Positions 32,153-41,503 of a DNA stretch of 64,000 bases are shown here, piece by piece. Position 1 is the first letter of the stretch; every line of letters starts with the position of its first letter. The translations under genes and the position numbers were made by a program. Under the pieces are notes generated by a model, which ran no database searches, was not told the DNA's origin, and saw only the letters and a program-made list of their open reading frames with translations. This DNA comes from an uncultured cyanobacterium. GTDB lineage: Bacteria; Cyanobacteriota; Cyanobacteriia; Cyanobacteriales; Nostocaceae. Where the stretch lies: positions 3,616,001-3,680,000 of the forward strand of contig OY970166.1 of the NCBI GenBank assembly GCA_963706595.1, written 5' to 3'.

Positions 32153-32971
32153 ATGCTCCAAGAATCGAAAACAATACTGATAATTGAAGATCATGCTACT
32201 ACTCGCAATCTTTATGTTGCTGGTCTTGAGGCTGAAGGTTTTACCGTCATAAGTGCAGAAAATGGTCGCGTTGGTATTGAAAAAGCACAAACCTATTTAC
32301 CTGATTTGGTGGTTTGCGATATTGTCATGCCGGATATGGATGGTTATGGCGTTCTCCATCAGATGCGCCAAGATCCTCTAACTGCGATTATTCCCTTCAT
32401 TTTTCTCACAGGTAGTGACCATCAGACAGATGTTCGTAAAGGCATGGAGTTGGGCGCAGACGATTATCTGACTAAACCTTCTACTTTAGAGCAATTACTC
32501 AAGGCGATCGCGATCCGATTAGAAAAACAATCTCTTTTGCATCGCTGGTATGCGGCTAAATCTCATCAAATGCCAGAATCAGTACCCGCAAATACAACTC
32601 CATCTGTCACCTCTGAGTCCATCTTTCCCGCCAGTCGCCATCTCAAAGAAGTTTTCGACTACATTGAAGCTAATTATCATCGAGGAATTACTTTATCTAA
32701 TGTGGCTGAGGCTGTTGGTTATTCATCAGCTTACTTAACAAGTAGAGTCAGGGATAAAACAGGTCACACTGTTAATGGTTGGATTGTCAAGCGCCGCATG
32801 GCCGCAGCCTGTCTCTTATTGAGGGATAGTGACCAGACAATAGAGCAGATTGCTACAGCCCTGGGCTATCAAAATGCTTGTCATTTCTCTCGCCAGTTTC
32901 GCCAACATCACGGCATACCTCCCAAAACTTGGAGAAAAAACAATGAACTTTCTCAAGTTCTTAGCCATTAG
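32153..32971 (+). CDS. response regulator with AraC-type HTH output domain
   Basis: IIED, CDIVMP.MDG, DDYLTKP; AraC motif IA..LGY.NA.HFSRQFR..HG.PP. Confidence 0.92.
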   Translation: MLQESKTILIIEDHATTRNLYVAGLEAEGFTVISAENGRVGIEKAQTYLPDLVVCDIVMPDMDGYGVLHQMRQDPLTAIIPFIFLTGSDHQTDVRKGMELGADDYLTKPSTLEQLLKAIAIRLEKQSLLHRWYAAKSHQMPESVPANTTPSVTSESIFPASRHLKEVFDYIEANYHRGITLSNVAEAVGYSSAYLTSRVRDKTGHTVNGWIVKRRMAAACLLLRDSDQTIEQIATALGYQNACHFSRQFRQHHGIPPKTWRKNNELSQVLSH

Positions 32972-33009
32972 AAGCCGCAACATGAAAACTATGCACCTTT
33001 AGGTCGAGG

Positions 33010-33330
33010 TTAACTGTTTTTGGGCTTTGTCAATTGCTGCACCACTAATTGGATTGCCAAAGCTAACAAACCAATTGCAACTATACCAAATATTCCAGTT
33101 CCCAAAGCAACTACACCGACGACTAAAGTCCGCACAGCAGCACCAATGTTTACAGCTATGGGGTTATCTGAATGGATAGGTTTAGCCGCAAAAGTTGTGG
33201 CGATGGATATCATTAGCGAATACATCGCATATCCTAATCCTCCAGCAAATATTGCGCCCGTTATACAACGCAATGGAGTTGGCGGAACCGGATTTTGCGC
33301 TTCTGCTTCTGTTACGTTTGAATCACTCAT
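33010..33330 (-). CDS. DUF3082 family membrane protein
   Basis: TPLRC..GA, NI..AVRTLV.G...L.T.IF. Confidence 0.75.
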   Translation of the reverse strand: MSDSNVTEAEAQNPVPPTPLRCITGAIFAGGLGYAMYSLMISIATTFAAKPIHSDNPIAVNIGAAVRTLVVGVVALGTGIFGIVAIGLLALAIQLVVQQLTKPKNS

Positions 33331-33499
33331 ATCTTCTTAGTGTCTTAGGATCTTGGTGGTTAATACTAATGGTTTAAGGAAATTCGTGTGCCGAAAACCC
33401 TTGTAGAGACGTTCCATGGAACGTCTCTACACTCCTTAACCAAAAAGTATTGTCTTGGTAGTAGGTTTCGACTTCGCTCAACCCAAGGAAAAAACTTCC

Positions 33500-34453
33500 T
33501 TAAACTGATGATGCCACCTGAATGCCATCTGTAATTGTCCGCGTTACAAACAATTCTAAATCTTCATCAGGAATTGCGGCTCTCATTTGTAGTTTAACTG
33601 CTTGTGCTTGTTCTTCAGACTCCACTAGGGCAAACACTGTGGGACCAGAACCAGACATCATGGTTCCTAAAACCCCTGCTTGAGTGGCAAATAATTCTCG
33701 CAGTTGTAAAACTTGAGGATAAGCTGGTAAGACGACACGTTCTAAATCATTGTGCAGTTTTTGGGCAATTTCTCCGGCATCTTGATTCAGGATAGCTTTA
33801 ACTATTGCTCCAGAATGAACTGCGGCCGCACGCGCTGCTAAATTTTCTGTATCTTTGAGATAAGAACTGCCAAATTCTTGGCGATAGGTTTTGTACGCCC
33901 AAGCTGTGGAAACTTCCAGACTGCGATATTTTGCCAATACGAGATATATAGTATCCAAACTTGGTAAAGGGGAAAGTTGCTCACCTCTACCTGTCGCAAT
34001 CACTGTGCCACCAGCGACACAAAAGGGGACATCTGAACCCAGAGTAGCACCCAATTCTTCTAATTCGGGTTTTGTTAGTCCCAGGTTCCATAATAAATCT
34101 ATCCCCACCAAGACAGCTGCGGCATTTGTCGAACCTCCCGCCAACCCAGCCGCTACGGGAATATGCTTATTAATCGTAATTTCCACACCCCCGTATTTAG
34201 CCAAGGCTTCGGGAAATTTCGCCGCCATGAGTGCTGCGGCTCGGTATGCTAAATTACTTTTGTCTGTGGGTACTTGTGGGTGCTTGCAGTTGACGTGAAT
34301 CGTGTCAGTGCTGAGAGATTGCACATTAATTTCGTCTGCAAGATCGATAGTTTGGAGTATCATCGCTAACTCGTGATAACCATCGGGACGGTCAGTGATG
34401 ATTTCCAGATATAAGTTAATTTTAGCAGGAGCAATTAGATTGTATGAACGCAT
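33500..34453 (-). CDS. ispE: 4-diphosphocytidyl-2-C-methyl-D-erythritol kinase
   Basis: APAKINLYL, PVAAGLAGGS, GSDVPF, MSGSGP. Confidence 0.97.
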   Translation of the reverse strand: MRSYNLIAPAKINLYLEIITDRPDGYHELAMILQTIDLADEINVQSLSTDTIHVNCKHPQVPTDKSNLAYRAAALMAAKFPEALAKYGGVEITINKHIPVAAGLAGGSTNAAAVLVGIDLLWNLGLTKPELEELGATLGSDVPFCVAGGTVIATGRGEQLSPLPSLDTIYLVLAKYRSLEVSTAWAYKTYRQEFGSSYLKDTENLAARAAAVHSGAIVKAILNQDAGEIAQKLHNDLERVVLPAYPQVLQLRELFATQAGVLGTMMSGSGPTVFALVESEEQAQAVKLQMRAAIPDEDLELFVTRTITDGIQVASSV

Positions 34454-34519
34454 ATCAGTTATCAGTTATCAGTTATCAGTTATCAGGGGTCAGTTATTGG
34501 GAATCAGTTATCAGTCTGT

Positions 34520-35344
34520 TTACTGTTCACTGTTCACTGTTAACTGATTTACTAATGTTACCCATTGCTGAACGCTGAGGTCTTCGGCTCGAACTTGGGG
34601 ATTTATTTCTAATTGTTCCAGTAATTGGGTCAGGCGATCGCGTTCAACTAGAGATTGCAAATTATTTCTTAACATTTTACGTTTCGCCCCAAATCCCAGT
34701 TTGACCAAAGTCTCAAATTTGCGGGGGTTCAGTGCTGGTGTTGAAATCTGCCGGGGACGCAACCGCACAACGGCTGAATCTACCTTTGGTGGTGGGTAAA
34801 ATGCACCTGCGGGAACTGTGCAAATAAATTCACAATCAGCTAAATACTGGACACGCACACTCAACGCGCCGAAAGTTCGGGAACCAGGATTAGCATATAA
34901 CCTATCGGCTACTTCCTTCTGCACTAATAGCACGATAGAGTCAAACGGTTCGGGGTTAGGGTTGGCGATAGTCCCTAGCAACTTCTCTATAATTGGTCCT
35001 GTGATGTTGTAGGGAATATTGGCTACTACTTTGTTTTGCTTTTGAAAGTTGGGAAAGGCTGCTAACGGCGATGCTAAATCTAAGGTGAGGAAATCCCCTT
35101 GCAATAGTAAGAAGTTATCTTTTTTACCCAGTTCCTTGGCTAACTGTTTGCATAAATCAAAGTCTATTTCCACTGCTACGAGCGATCGCACCAAAGGAAG
35201 TAAACGCCGAGTTAGAATACCCGTACCCGGACCAATTTCCAGCACGCGATCGCTCTCGTGACATTCTGCTGCTTTAATAATTGCATCCAGTGCCTTTTCA
35301 CTTTTGAGCCAATGTTGAGCAAAAGACTTGCGCGGTCTAATCAT
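34520..35344 (-). CDS. rsmA: 16S rRNA m6,2A dimethyltransferase (KsgA)
   Basis: LEIGPGTG, ANIPYNIT, PPPKVDSAV. Confidence 0.97.
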   Translation of the reverse strand: MIRPRKSFAQHWLKSEKALDAIIKAAECHESDRVLEIGPGTGILTRRLLPLVRSLVAVEIDFDLCKQLAKELGKKDNFLLLQGDFLTLDLASPLAAFPNFQKQNKVVANIPYNITGPIIEKLLGTIANPNPEPFDSIVLLVQKEVADRLYANPGSRTFGALSVRVQYLADCEFICTVPAGAFYPPPKVDSAVVRLRPRQISTPALNPRKFETLVKLGFGAKRKMLRNNLQSLVERDRLTQLLEQLEINPQVRAEDLSVQQWVTLVNQLTVNSEQ

Positions 35345-35543
35345 TAATTTTCCTGAATATATCTAATTTTAAGGTTTTTTATTTAGAAGTTCCTAATCAG
35401 ATTGACTGAATATCTTGTGGAATCGGCATACTTCGACAAGCTCAGTACAAGTCTTGCCCGTCCTCATTATGCAAGTTACTGGCATGATATATGATACCAA
35501 GTCCGGTTGAATACGAAACGCGGAACCCCACCAACCCATCTAT

Positions 35544-35617
35544 TATCTCCCCTCCTCGCTTGCGGGGAGGGGTTGGGGGTGGGGTTCCATGATTGTGGTA
35601 ATCGTAACTAATTAACT
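35544..35617. repeat. dispersed ~75-bp repeat (second copy at ~39485-39557; core also inside the 1878 element and at ~12200)
   Basis: TATCTCCCCTCCTCGCTTGCGGGGAGGGG..GGGG.....GATTGTGGTAATCGTAA.TAATTAACT in both copies. Confidence 0.8.
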
Positions 35618-35702
35618 GCACATGAGATGTGAATCAAAGTTTATAGCGTTTTAGATGTATTTATGCGAAAATACCCGGTAAATACCAGCATTTTCTTGCA
35701 TC

Positions 35703-36089
35703 ATGTCATATACACCTTCAGACAGCATTTGGATTGTTACCGATGACACTCCCCAAATTTCCACTCCTAACGGTACGAAAGGCGGAACTAACAATACAAG
35801 AGGCTGGGGCGAAGAACTTCCAAAGGATACCAGCAAAGGGGTAGGAGAAGCCGTTAAGGTTAGCACTGAAAAATTAGAGCAAGAAATGACCCACTTTCTG
35901 CAAGTGGTGGGGCGCTTATTTAACCGTGCTGAACAACAAGCTAAAGTTAACTCTGGGATGCAGTTAGATGAAATTGAGTTATCGGTGGAAATTAGCGGCG
36001 AAGGTGAAGTTAAATTAATTGGCAACGGTGCAAAAGCTGGAGGAAAAGGAGCAATTAAGCTGACATTTAAACGGCAAGAATCAAAATGA
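35703..36089 (+). CDS. Pepco/Trypco-like small peptidase-associated protein
   Basis: L.EIELSVEISGEG.VKLIG.G.K.G.KGAIKLTFKR; stop is 1 bp before the caspase gene start. Confidence 0.7.
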   Translation: MSYTPSDSIWIVTDDTPQISTPNGTKGGTNNTRGWGEELPKDTSKGVGEAVKVSTEKLEQEMTHFLQVVGRLFNRAEQQAKVNSGMQLDEIELSVEISGEGEVKLIGNGAKAGGKGAIKLTFKRQESK

Positions 36090-36090
36090 G

Positions 36091-38169
36091 ATGGTAAAAA
36101 ATTGGGCGATCGCCATCGGCGTTAACCAGTATGATTATTTGCAACCGCTAAATTATGCCAAGCGGGATGCACAGTTAATCCAGCAGTATCTCCAAAATCA
36201 GGCGGGGTTTGAGCAGATATATTTTTTCTCAGATGATTCCCCTGATATTGACGGAAAATCTACTCGCCCAAACCGTGCTAACCTATTGCGAGTTTTGCGG
36301 CAAAGATTTGAACATCCGTTCATGAGTGCGGGTGATAACTTTTGGTTTTTCTTTAGTGGTCATGGCATCAGACACGCTGGACGTGATTATCTCATGCCTT
36401 GCGATGGCGACCCAGAAGATATTGAAAATACAGCAATTGCCATTAATTATGTTACTGAACGCCTGCGTCGCTGTGGTGCTGATAATGTGGTTTTGATTCT
36501 AGATGCCTGTCGTAGCTTGGCTACTCGTGGCGGGGAAGGTATTGGGCGACAAGCGGCTGAGGAAGCACGTCAACAAGGAGTTATTAGCATATTTTCCTGT
36601 AGTCCCCAGGAGTATTCTTATGAAATTGAGGCATTACAACAAGGTGCTTTTACCACAGCGTTACTAGAAGGGTTAGGAATTCAAGGTAAATGTGCCACTG
36701 TTGAAAGGTTGAACCAGTATTTAAATTCTCGTGTGCCGGAAATTGTTCATCAATATAAAAACGGCAAACAAACGCCTTATGTGATTGCCGAGCCTGTAAA
36801 TAAATCTCACCTGATTCTTGTACCCCAATATGCAACCTTAGCCGATATCGCCACACTCAAAAATGATGCTTATCAGGCAGAAGTAAACAGCAATTTTGAA
36901 CTAGCAGAACAATTATGGATGCGGGTGTTAGCTGCGGCTTCAGGGCAGGATACAGATGCAATCAAGGCTATTCAAAGAATTGCACGGTTGCCAAATAATA
37001 CTGAAGGGTTGCGAACAAATTCGGAATCTGGCAATCAAAAGAGTAGCAACAGCACAAACAGCCCTAATGACTCTAAATCGGTAGAGACTCCAAAACCATC
37101 TAAGGAAATTCTAAATAAACCTGCCAGTAAACCGATTCCAATTCCTCCTCAAAAGCAAAATTCACCAGTTCCGAAAACTCCTGATAATAGAGAGCCGAGA
37201 ATTAAAACACCCACGACTCCCAGACAGTCCACAAATTCTTCACCACAACCACCAATAATAACTAACTGGTCACGGCGGAACGTGATTAAAAGCGTTGGGT
37301 TTGCAGGTGCTGGTTTGGGTTTAGTAATTTTAGTACCGCGCCTCTGGCAATCTAATTCACAAACGGTAGATAATTCACAAGTTGTAACTGTAGATAGAAC
37401 GGGGAAAATCATAGACCGCCGTAATGTTGAAGCGAAATCTTCCATTGAAGACTTAGGGAATGGTGTCACCTTAGAAATGATGCAGATACCAAAGGGAACT
37501 TTTACAATGGGTTCACCAGCAGGGGAAGCAGAACGACTTGACGATGAAAGTCCCCAGCGTGATGTAAATGTTCCTGAGTTCTTGATGGGTAAATATCCAG
37601 TTACCCAGGCACAGTATCAAGCAATTCTGGGGACAAATCCTGCTCATTTTAAAGGTGGAAAAAGACCTGTAGAAACAGTAAGTTGGGATAATGCAGTAGA
37701 GTTTTGTGAAAAATTGAGCCAGAAGACAGGAAAAATTTATAGGCTACCCAGCGAAGCCGAATGGGAATATGCTTGTCGTGCGGGAACAACTACACCCTTT
37801 TATTTTGGTGAATCGATAACCACAGATTTAGTTAACTACAACGGTAACTATCCCTACGCCTCAGCCCCAAAAGGTGAATATCGTGAACAAACAACAGATG
37901 TAGGAAAATTTCCGCCAAACTCTTTCGGTTTGCACGATATGCATGGTAGTATATGGGAATGGTGTCAAGATACATATAATAGTAACTACCAAGGTACGCC
38001 CAAAGACGGTAGTCCGTGGTTAGATGGTAGTGATAAAAACATCAAGCTGATGCGTGGCGGTTCTTGGAGCTACGATGCTAGGACTTGCCGTTCTGCTGTT
38101 CGCTATGGAGTTACCCGCGCGAATCTGAGCAACCATGCTGGTTTTCGTGTTGTTGCGGTGGTTGCGTGA
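36091..38169 (+). CDS. caspase-like peptidase (C14) + TM + FGE-sulfatase (CLec-fold) protein; DGR target
   Basis: FFSGHG and LDACR dyad; Pro/Ser linker; TM segment; F.MGS, RLPSEAEWEYACRAG, FGLHDMHG..WEWC, RGGSW, GFRVV. Confidence 0.92.
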   Translation: MVKNWAIAIGVNQYDYLQPLNYAKRDAQLIQQYLQNQAGFEQIYFFSDDSPDIDGKSTRPNRANLLRVLRQRFEHPFMSAGDNFWFFFSGHGIRHAGRDYLMPCDGDPEDIENTAIAINYVTERLRRCGADNVVLILDACRSLATRGGEGIGRQAAEEARQQGVISIFSCSPQEYSYEIEALQQGAFTTALLEGLGIQGKCATVERLNQYLNSRVPEIVHQYKNGKQTPYVIAEPVNKSHLILVPQYATLADIATLKNDAYQAEVNSNFELAEQLWMRVLAAASGQDTDAIKAIQRIARLPNNTEGLRTNSESGNQKSSNSTNSPNDSKSVETPKPSKEILNKPASKPIPIPPQKQNSPVPKTPDNREPRIKTPTTPRQSTNSSPQPPIITNWSRRNVIKSVGFAGAGLGLVILVPRLWQSNSQTVDNSQVVTVDRTGKIIDRRNVEAKSSIEDLGNGVTLEMMQIPKGTFTMGSPAGEAERLDDESPQRDVNVPEFLMGKYPVTQAQYQAILGTNPAHFKGGKRPVETVSWDNAVEFCEKLSQKTGKIYRLPSEAEWEYACRAGTTTPFYFGESITTDLVNYNGNYPYASAPKGEYREQTTDVGKFPPNSFGLHDMHGSIWEWCQDTYNSNYQGTPKDGSPWLDGSDKNIKLMRGGSWSYDARTCRSAVRYGVTRANLSNHAGFRVVAVVA

Positions 38170-38170
38170 G
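38045..38170 (+). repeat. DGR variable region (VR)
   Basis: Ungapped match to 38340-38465 with 18 mismatches, 14 of them opposite TR adenines. Confidence 0.9.
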
Positions 38171-38339
38171 GACACTTTGCTCTTTAGCCCTCTGCACCTC
38201 TTATTCTTTTCACTTCTTTCCCTCGCCGTTAGGCGGAAAAAAGTTTTTTATCAAATATCTTGATACAAAATCTCTTTTACACTAGATTTAATCAAATTTC
38301 TCATTGAGTTGAGAATTTGAGGATGGGATAGGCACTTTT

Positions 38340-38465
38340 AGCTGCTGCGTGGAGGTTCTTGGAACAACAATGCTAGGAATTGCCGTTATGCTGTTCGCAA
38401 TAGGAATACACGCGCGAATCAGAACAACAATGTTGGTTTTCGTGTTGTCGCGGTGGTTGCGTGAG
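38340..38465 (+). ncRNA. DGR template region (TR)
   Basis: Non-coding copy of the target 3' end with 10 in-frame AAC/AAT codons, 8 of which differ in the VR. Confidence 0.88.
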
Positions 38466-38722
38466 CGCTCCCAAAGGTCAGAGCTGATAAGTGGGAATTT
38501 ATCGGGCGTACAATCGGGAGTCCAGACCTGTCCCAGCGAGGAAGGCGACGACCTACGAATATAAAACTGAGTCGGATAGCTTGGTAGGTTGCAAAACCGA
38601 AGACTTGTCCGACCCAACCAAATCTTTTCTAATTAAAGAAGAAAGCACTAGCGTTAGCTGTTAAATTTGTTAACTATTTAAAACGTTTTATCTTAACAAA
38701 ACTTAATTATCACAGTTACCAG

Positions 38723-38760
38723 ATCCCCGACTTCTTTGAGAAGTCGGGGATTTATTTATT
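38723..38760 (+). terminator. strong hairpin (REP-like or terminator) downstream of the TR region
   Basis: ATCCCCGACTTCT-ttg-AGAAGTCGGGGAT followed by a T-rich tract. Confidence 0.55.
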
Positions 38761-38965
38761 AAGTTCATAAGTAAAGTTTATTGTATTTTGAACGCAGCAT
38801 TTTCTATGGGCTGTTAGTCTTTTATTATGTGAGCAGTTAAGCAATTCTTGTCTGTCTAAGCATTTATGCCAAGTTCATCATGATTGATTAACTCTTCAGG
38901 AATCTCTCACAAATCTATATTCACTAAATACACAAATTTCCCAAGTCTTAATTACTAGCACTGTT

Positions 38966-39286
38966 ATGACTCATTACTCTCTTGATTGGATTGAAGCCTG
39001 GTGTCAAGAAAACGGCTGGACAGAATTATTTGTCGAGCGGCGCAACAACTATTGGGCTTTTCCTCCTGGATGCGTAATGCCTGAACCAATTCCCCATCAC
39101 GTCCTCAACTTAATTAAGGCTGAAAAGGGTTTCACTGTTGAGGAAAGAGTCTGGTCAGCATCAGCAGTAATTAGCACAATTGTAGCTATAATTTCTACAT
39201 TTGTATTTAAGTGTCCCATGCCATTAGTTTTTGCCTTCGCTTTTAACGCTGTGACTGTAGCTCAACTTGAAATTGAAGATGCATAG
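38966..39286 (+). CDS. conserved cyanobacterial membrane protein
   Basis: WI..WC.ENGWT.LF......WAFPPG.VMP.PIP plus a C-terminal TM segment. Confidence 0.75.
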   Translation: MTHYSLDWIEAWCQENGWTELFVERRNNYWAFPPGCVMPEPIPHHVLNLIKAEKGFTVEERVWSASAVISTIVAIISTFVFKCPMPLVFAFAFNAVTVAQLEIEDA

Positions 39287-39556
39287 CCGCAAGCCACAAG
39301 GCGGAAGTCAAAAGTTTACCCTGAGCGAAGTCGAAGGGTCAAAAGTTTTGAGTGTAGTTTTTAAGTCTTGGCGATTAGAATATTGCTACCGCAACGCCAA
39401 GGGCGAACGCATCTACACAAACGAAGTCCGCCTGCGCGGACTAAGAGAATGCTTGAAAAGTTTTGCCTGTGCAAGCCTATATCTTTATCTCCCCTCCTCG
39501 CTTGCGGGGAGGGGCTGGGGTGGGGTGGTAGATTGTGGTAATCGTAAATAATTAAC

Positions 39557-41503
39557 TTATACTTCTTTCAAATAGTAATTAAACCGTTTCCGGAGTTTTT
39601 CCACACTCATATCTTGAGTCCAGTATTCCACTAGCGCATGACCAAATGCCCAGGCGTTGCGGTCAGGTGCAGCAGAGTTTTCTAGTAGCAATGGCCAGAG
39701 AGATAGCAAATCAAAGTTGAGAGGATTAACTTTACCTGTATGCAATAGGGAAAACAGATCATAGGCCATTTGCAGTTTACCAATTACAATCGGTAACTGT
39801 TCCACAGGGATTTGCTCTGCTAGGAGATACGCCAGAGTGGGAGAACCAGTTGATACTGTGGCGATGAACTGAAGCACAGGACTTTTCAACAGAGCAGTTA
39901 GTCCTTGAGTGGTCGCCATTTGGAAGGTGTAATGGTCGATGATTTTGGCAGATGCGGCAGTACGAGCTTCTAAGTTACGCAAAAAGCGGGCTAATCGCAG
40001 TTGTTTAGCTGGGGCGATCGCATCTACAATTTGCAGAGATAGTGTTTCTACACCCCAGGCGGCTCGACCTGTTTTGATATCACTGGTAACAATTGGTAAT
40101 ACTAGATTACAGAAGTTATCCAACAGTTGGGCGCGGTATTCGGTAGCGTTGCGAATAGCAATTTCTTTGGGACGATTTCCCGATTCCCAATTGTATGGCG
40201 GTTCCCACTCGCGGATAGGACGAAGACGATCTACTTGGGTAATCACGGCGATGGTTGGTAAATCTGCAACTTCCGCCCGCATATCTTGGAGAAAATCTAC
40301 ATCCATTTGTAGGGCGGGATCAAGAGCCGGGGTAACTAACAGTAGTAAATCTGCGTTTGTAGCATAATCAAGCACCAAATTTCGCAAATCACCACCGTTC
40401 ACCTGTTCATAACCTGGGGAATCCCACAGCGTTAAACTTTCCCCGGTGGAACTTTGCCAATGATAATTTTGAATCTGATCAGTGCTGGGTAAAACATCCA
40501 CCTCTGCGAGATCAGCCTGAAATAGAGTATTAATCAAGCTGCTTTTTCCCGAACCTGTGCGCCCGACAATGAGAATATTTACAGGTTTTTGGGCAACTTC
40601 CTCGGCTGGTTCGGCTTTAGTTAAAATTTCTCGCAGGTTTTGAGTCTTAGCTGTGGGTAGAGTTGGTGTAGAAATACTGGCTTCTGCAACTGGTAATTTG
40701 CTACCACTGTAAAGTGCGATCGCCTGACGGCATAAATTCCGCAGGGCATTTTCCCGCAGTAGTTGACCTAAATTTACTAATAACTGCTGAGTTGCTTGGT
40801 TAGTATAACCCTTAGTAGCTTGCTTGGCCACTGCGACTACAGGATTAAATAGCCACTGCGCCCAATTCCATGCTTGCCAAACTTTCCGAGCCGATGGCTC
40901 AATTTTGCGATAGACTTCATAAGCTTGATAGGCTTGTCCAACGGTAATCTGATTTAGTGCTGGTGATAACTTCTGCATCCACTGATCTAAGTCATCCATC
41001 GTTCCCCGAATTAACCCGTAAGCCTGGGGTATATAAATATTCAACAGGGGATATTGAACTTGAGGATAATATATATGCGCGATCGCTGTGACTAAATCCT
41101 GGCATCTTGTCCAAAAAGTTTGCCAATCTTCCCAAATCAGGCGATCGCTTTCTGCTGCTTTGAGAATTTGTTGCAGTGCGATTTCTGCCTGTTTGATATT
41201 GTCGCTTTGGGCTGGTAGTCCTACTGGCTGATCTGCCGCAGATTCTAACTCTTCTGTGACTTCTGCCAAAGCAGCTTCTACCATATTGATTTGAGGTTTA
41301 GTCCATCTCACCAGCAGCCAGCGCCAGCCCACAAATACCAGGGTAAATATACCCCAAATCCAACTAATACCCCAGGTATGAATTTGCATCCCTGCACAGA
41401 TGAGCAAAAAAGTAATAATTAGTGCAATAGGTAATGCTAATACTACCCATTGCCACAGTTTTAATCGCAGCATTTTTTGGTGGTCCGCCCTAATTTTTGA
41501 CAC
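39557..41503 (-). CDS. membrane-anchored GTPase (Era/YcjF-like)
   Basis: GRTGSGKSS, DSPG, TQVD; two N-terminal TM segments. Confidence 0.85.
   Translation of the reverse strand: MSKIRADHQKMLRLKLWQWVVLALPIALIITFLLICAGMQIHTWGISWIWGIFTLVFVGWRWLLVRWTKPQINMVEAALAEVTEELESAADQPVGLPAQSDNIKQAEIALQQILKAAESDRLIWEDWQTFWTRCQDLVTAIAHIYYPQVQYPLLNIYIPQAYGLIRGTMDDLDQWMQKLSPALNQITVGQAYQAYEVYRKIEPSARKVWQAWNWAQWLFNPVVAVAKQATKGYTNQATQQLLVNLGQLLRENALRNLCRQAIALYSGSKLPVAEASISTPTLPTAKTQNLREILTKAEPAEEVAQKPVNILIVGRTGSGKSSLINTLFQADLAEVDVLPSTDQIQNYHWQSSTGESLTLWDSPGYEQVNGGDLRNLVLDYATNADLLLLVTPALDPALQMDVDFLQDMRAEVADLPTIAVITQVDRLRPIREWEPPYNWESGNRPKEIAIRNATEYRAQLLDNFCNLVLPIVTSDIKTGRAAWGVETLSLQIVDAIAPAKQLRLARFLRNLEARTAASAKIIDHYTFQMATTQGLTALLKSPVLQFIATVSTGSPTLAYLLAEQIPVEQLPIVIGKLQMAYDLFSLLHTGKVNPLNFDLLSLWPLLLENSAAPDRNAWAFGHALVEYWTQDMSVEKLRKRFNYYLKEV

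Noticed and set aside
33020..33340. plus-strand 106-aa ORF and similar antisense ORFs across the window
   Set aside because: Shadow ORFs of well-supported genes on the opposite strand.
38288..38617. track ORFs 38349-38564 (+) and 38288-38617 (-) as genes, e.g. avd
   Set aside because: They overlap the TR out of frame or antisense and show no Avd- or RT-like features.
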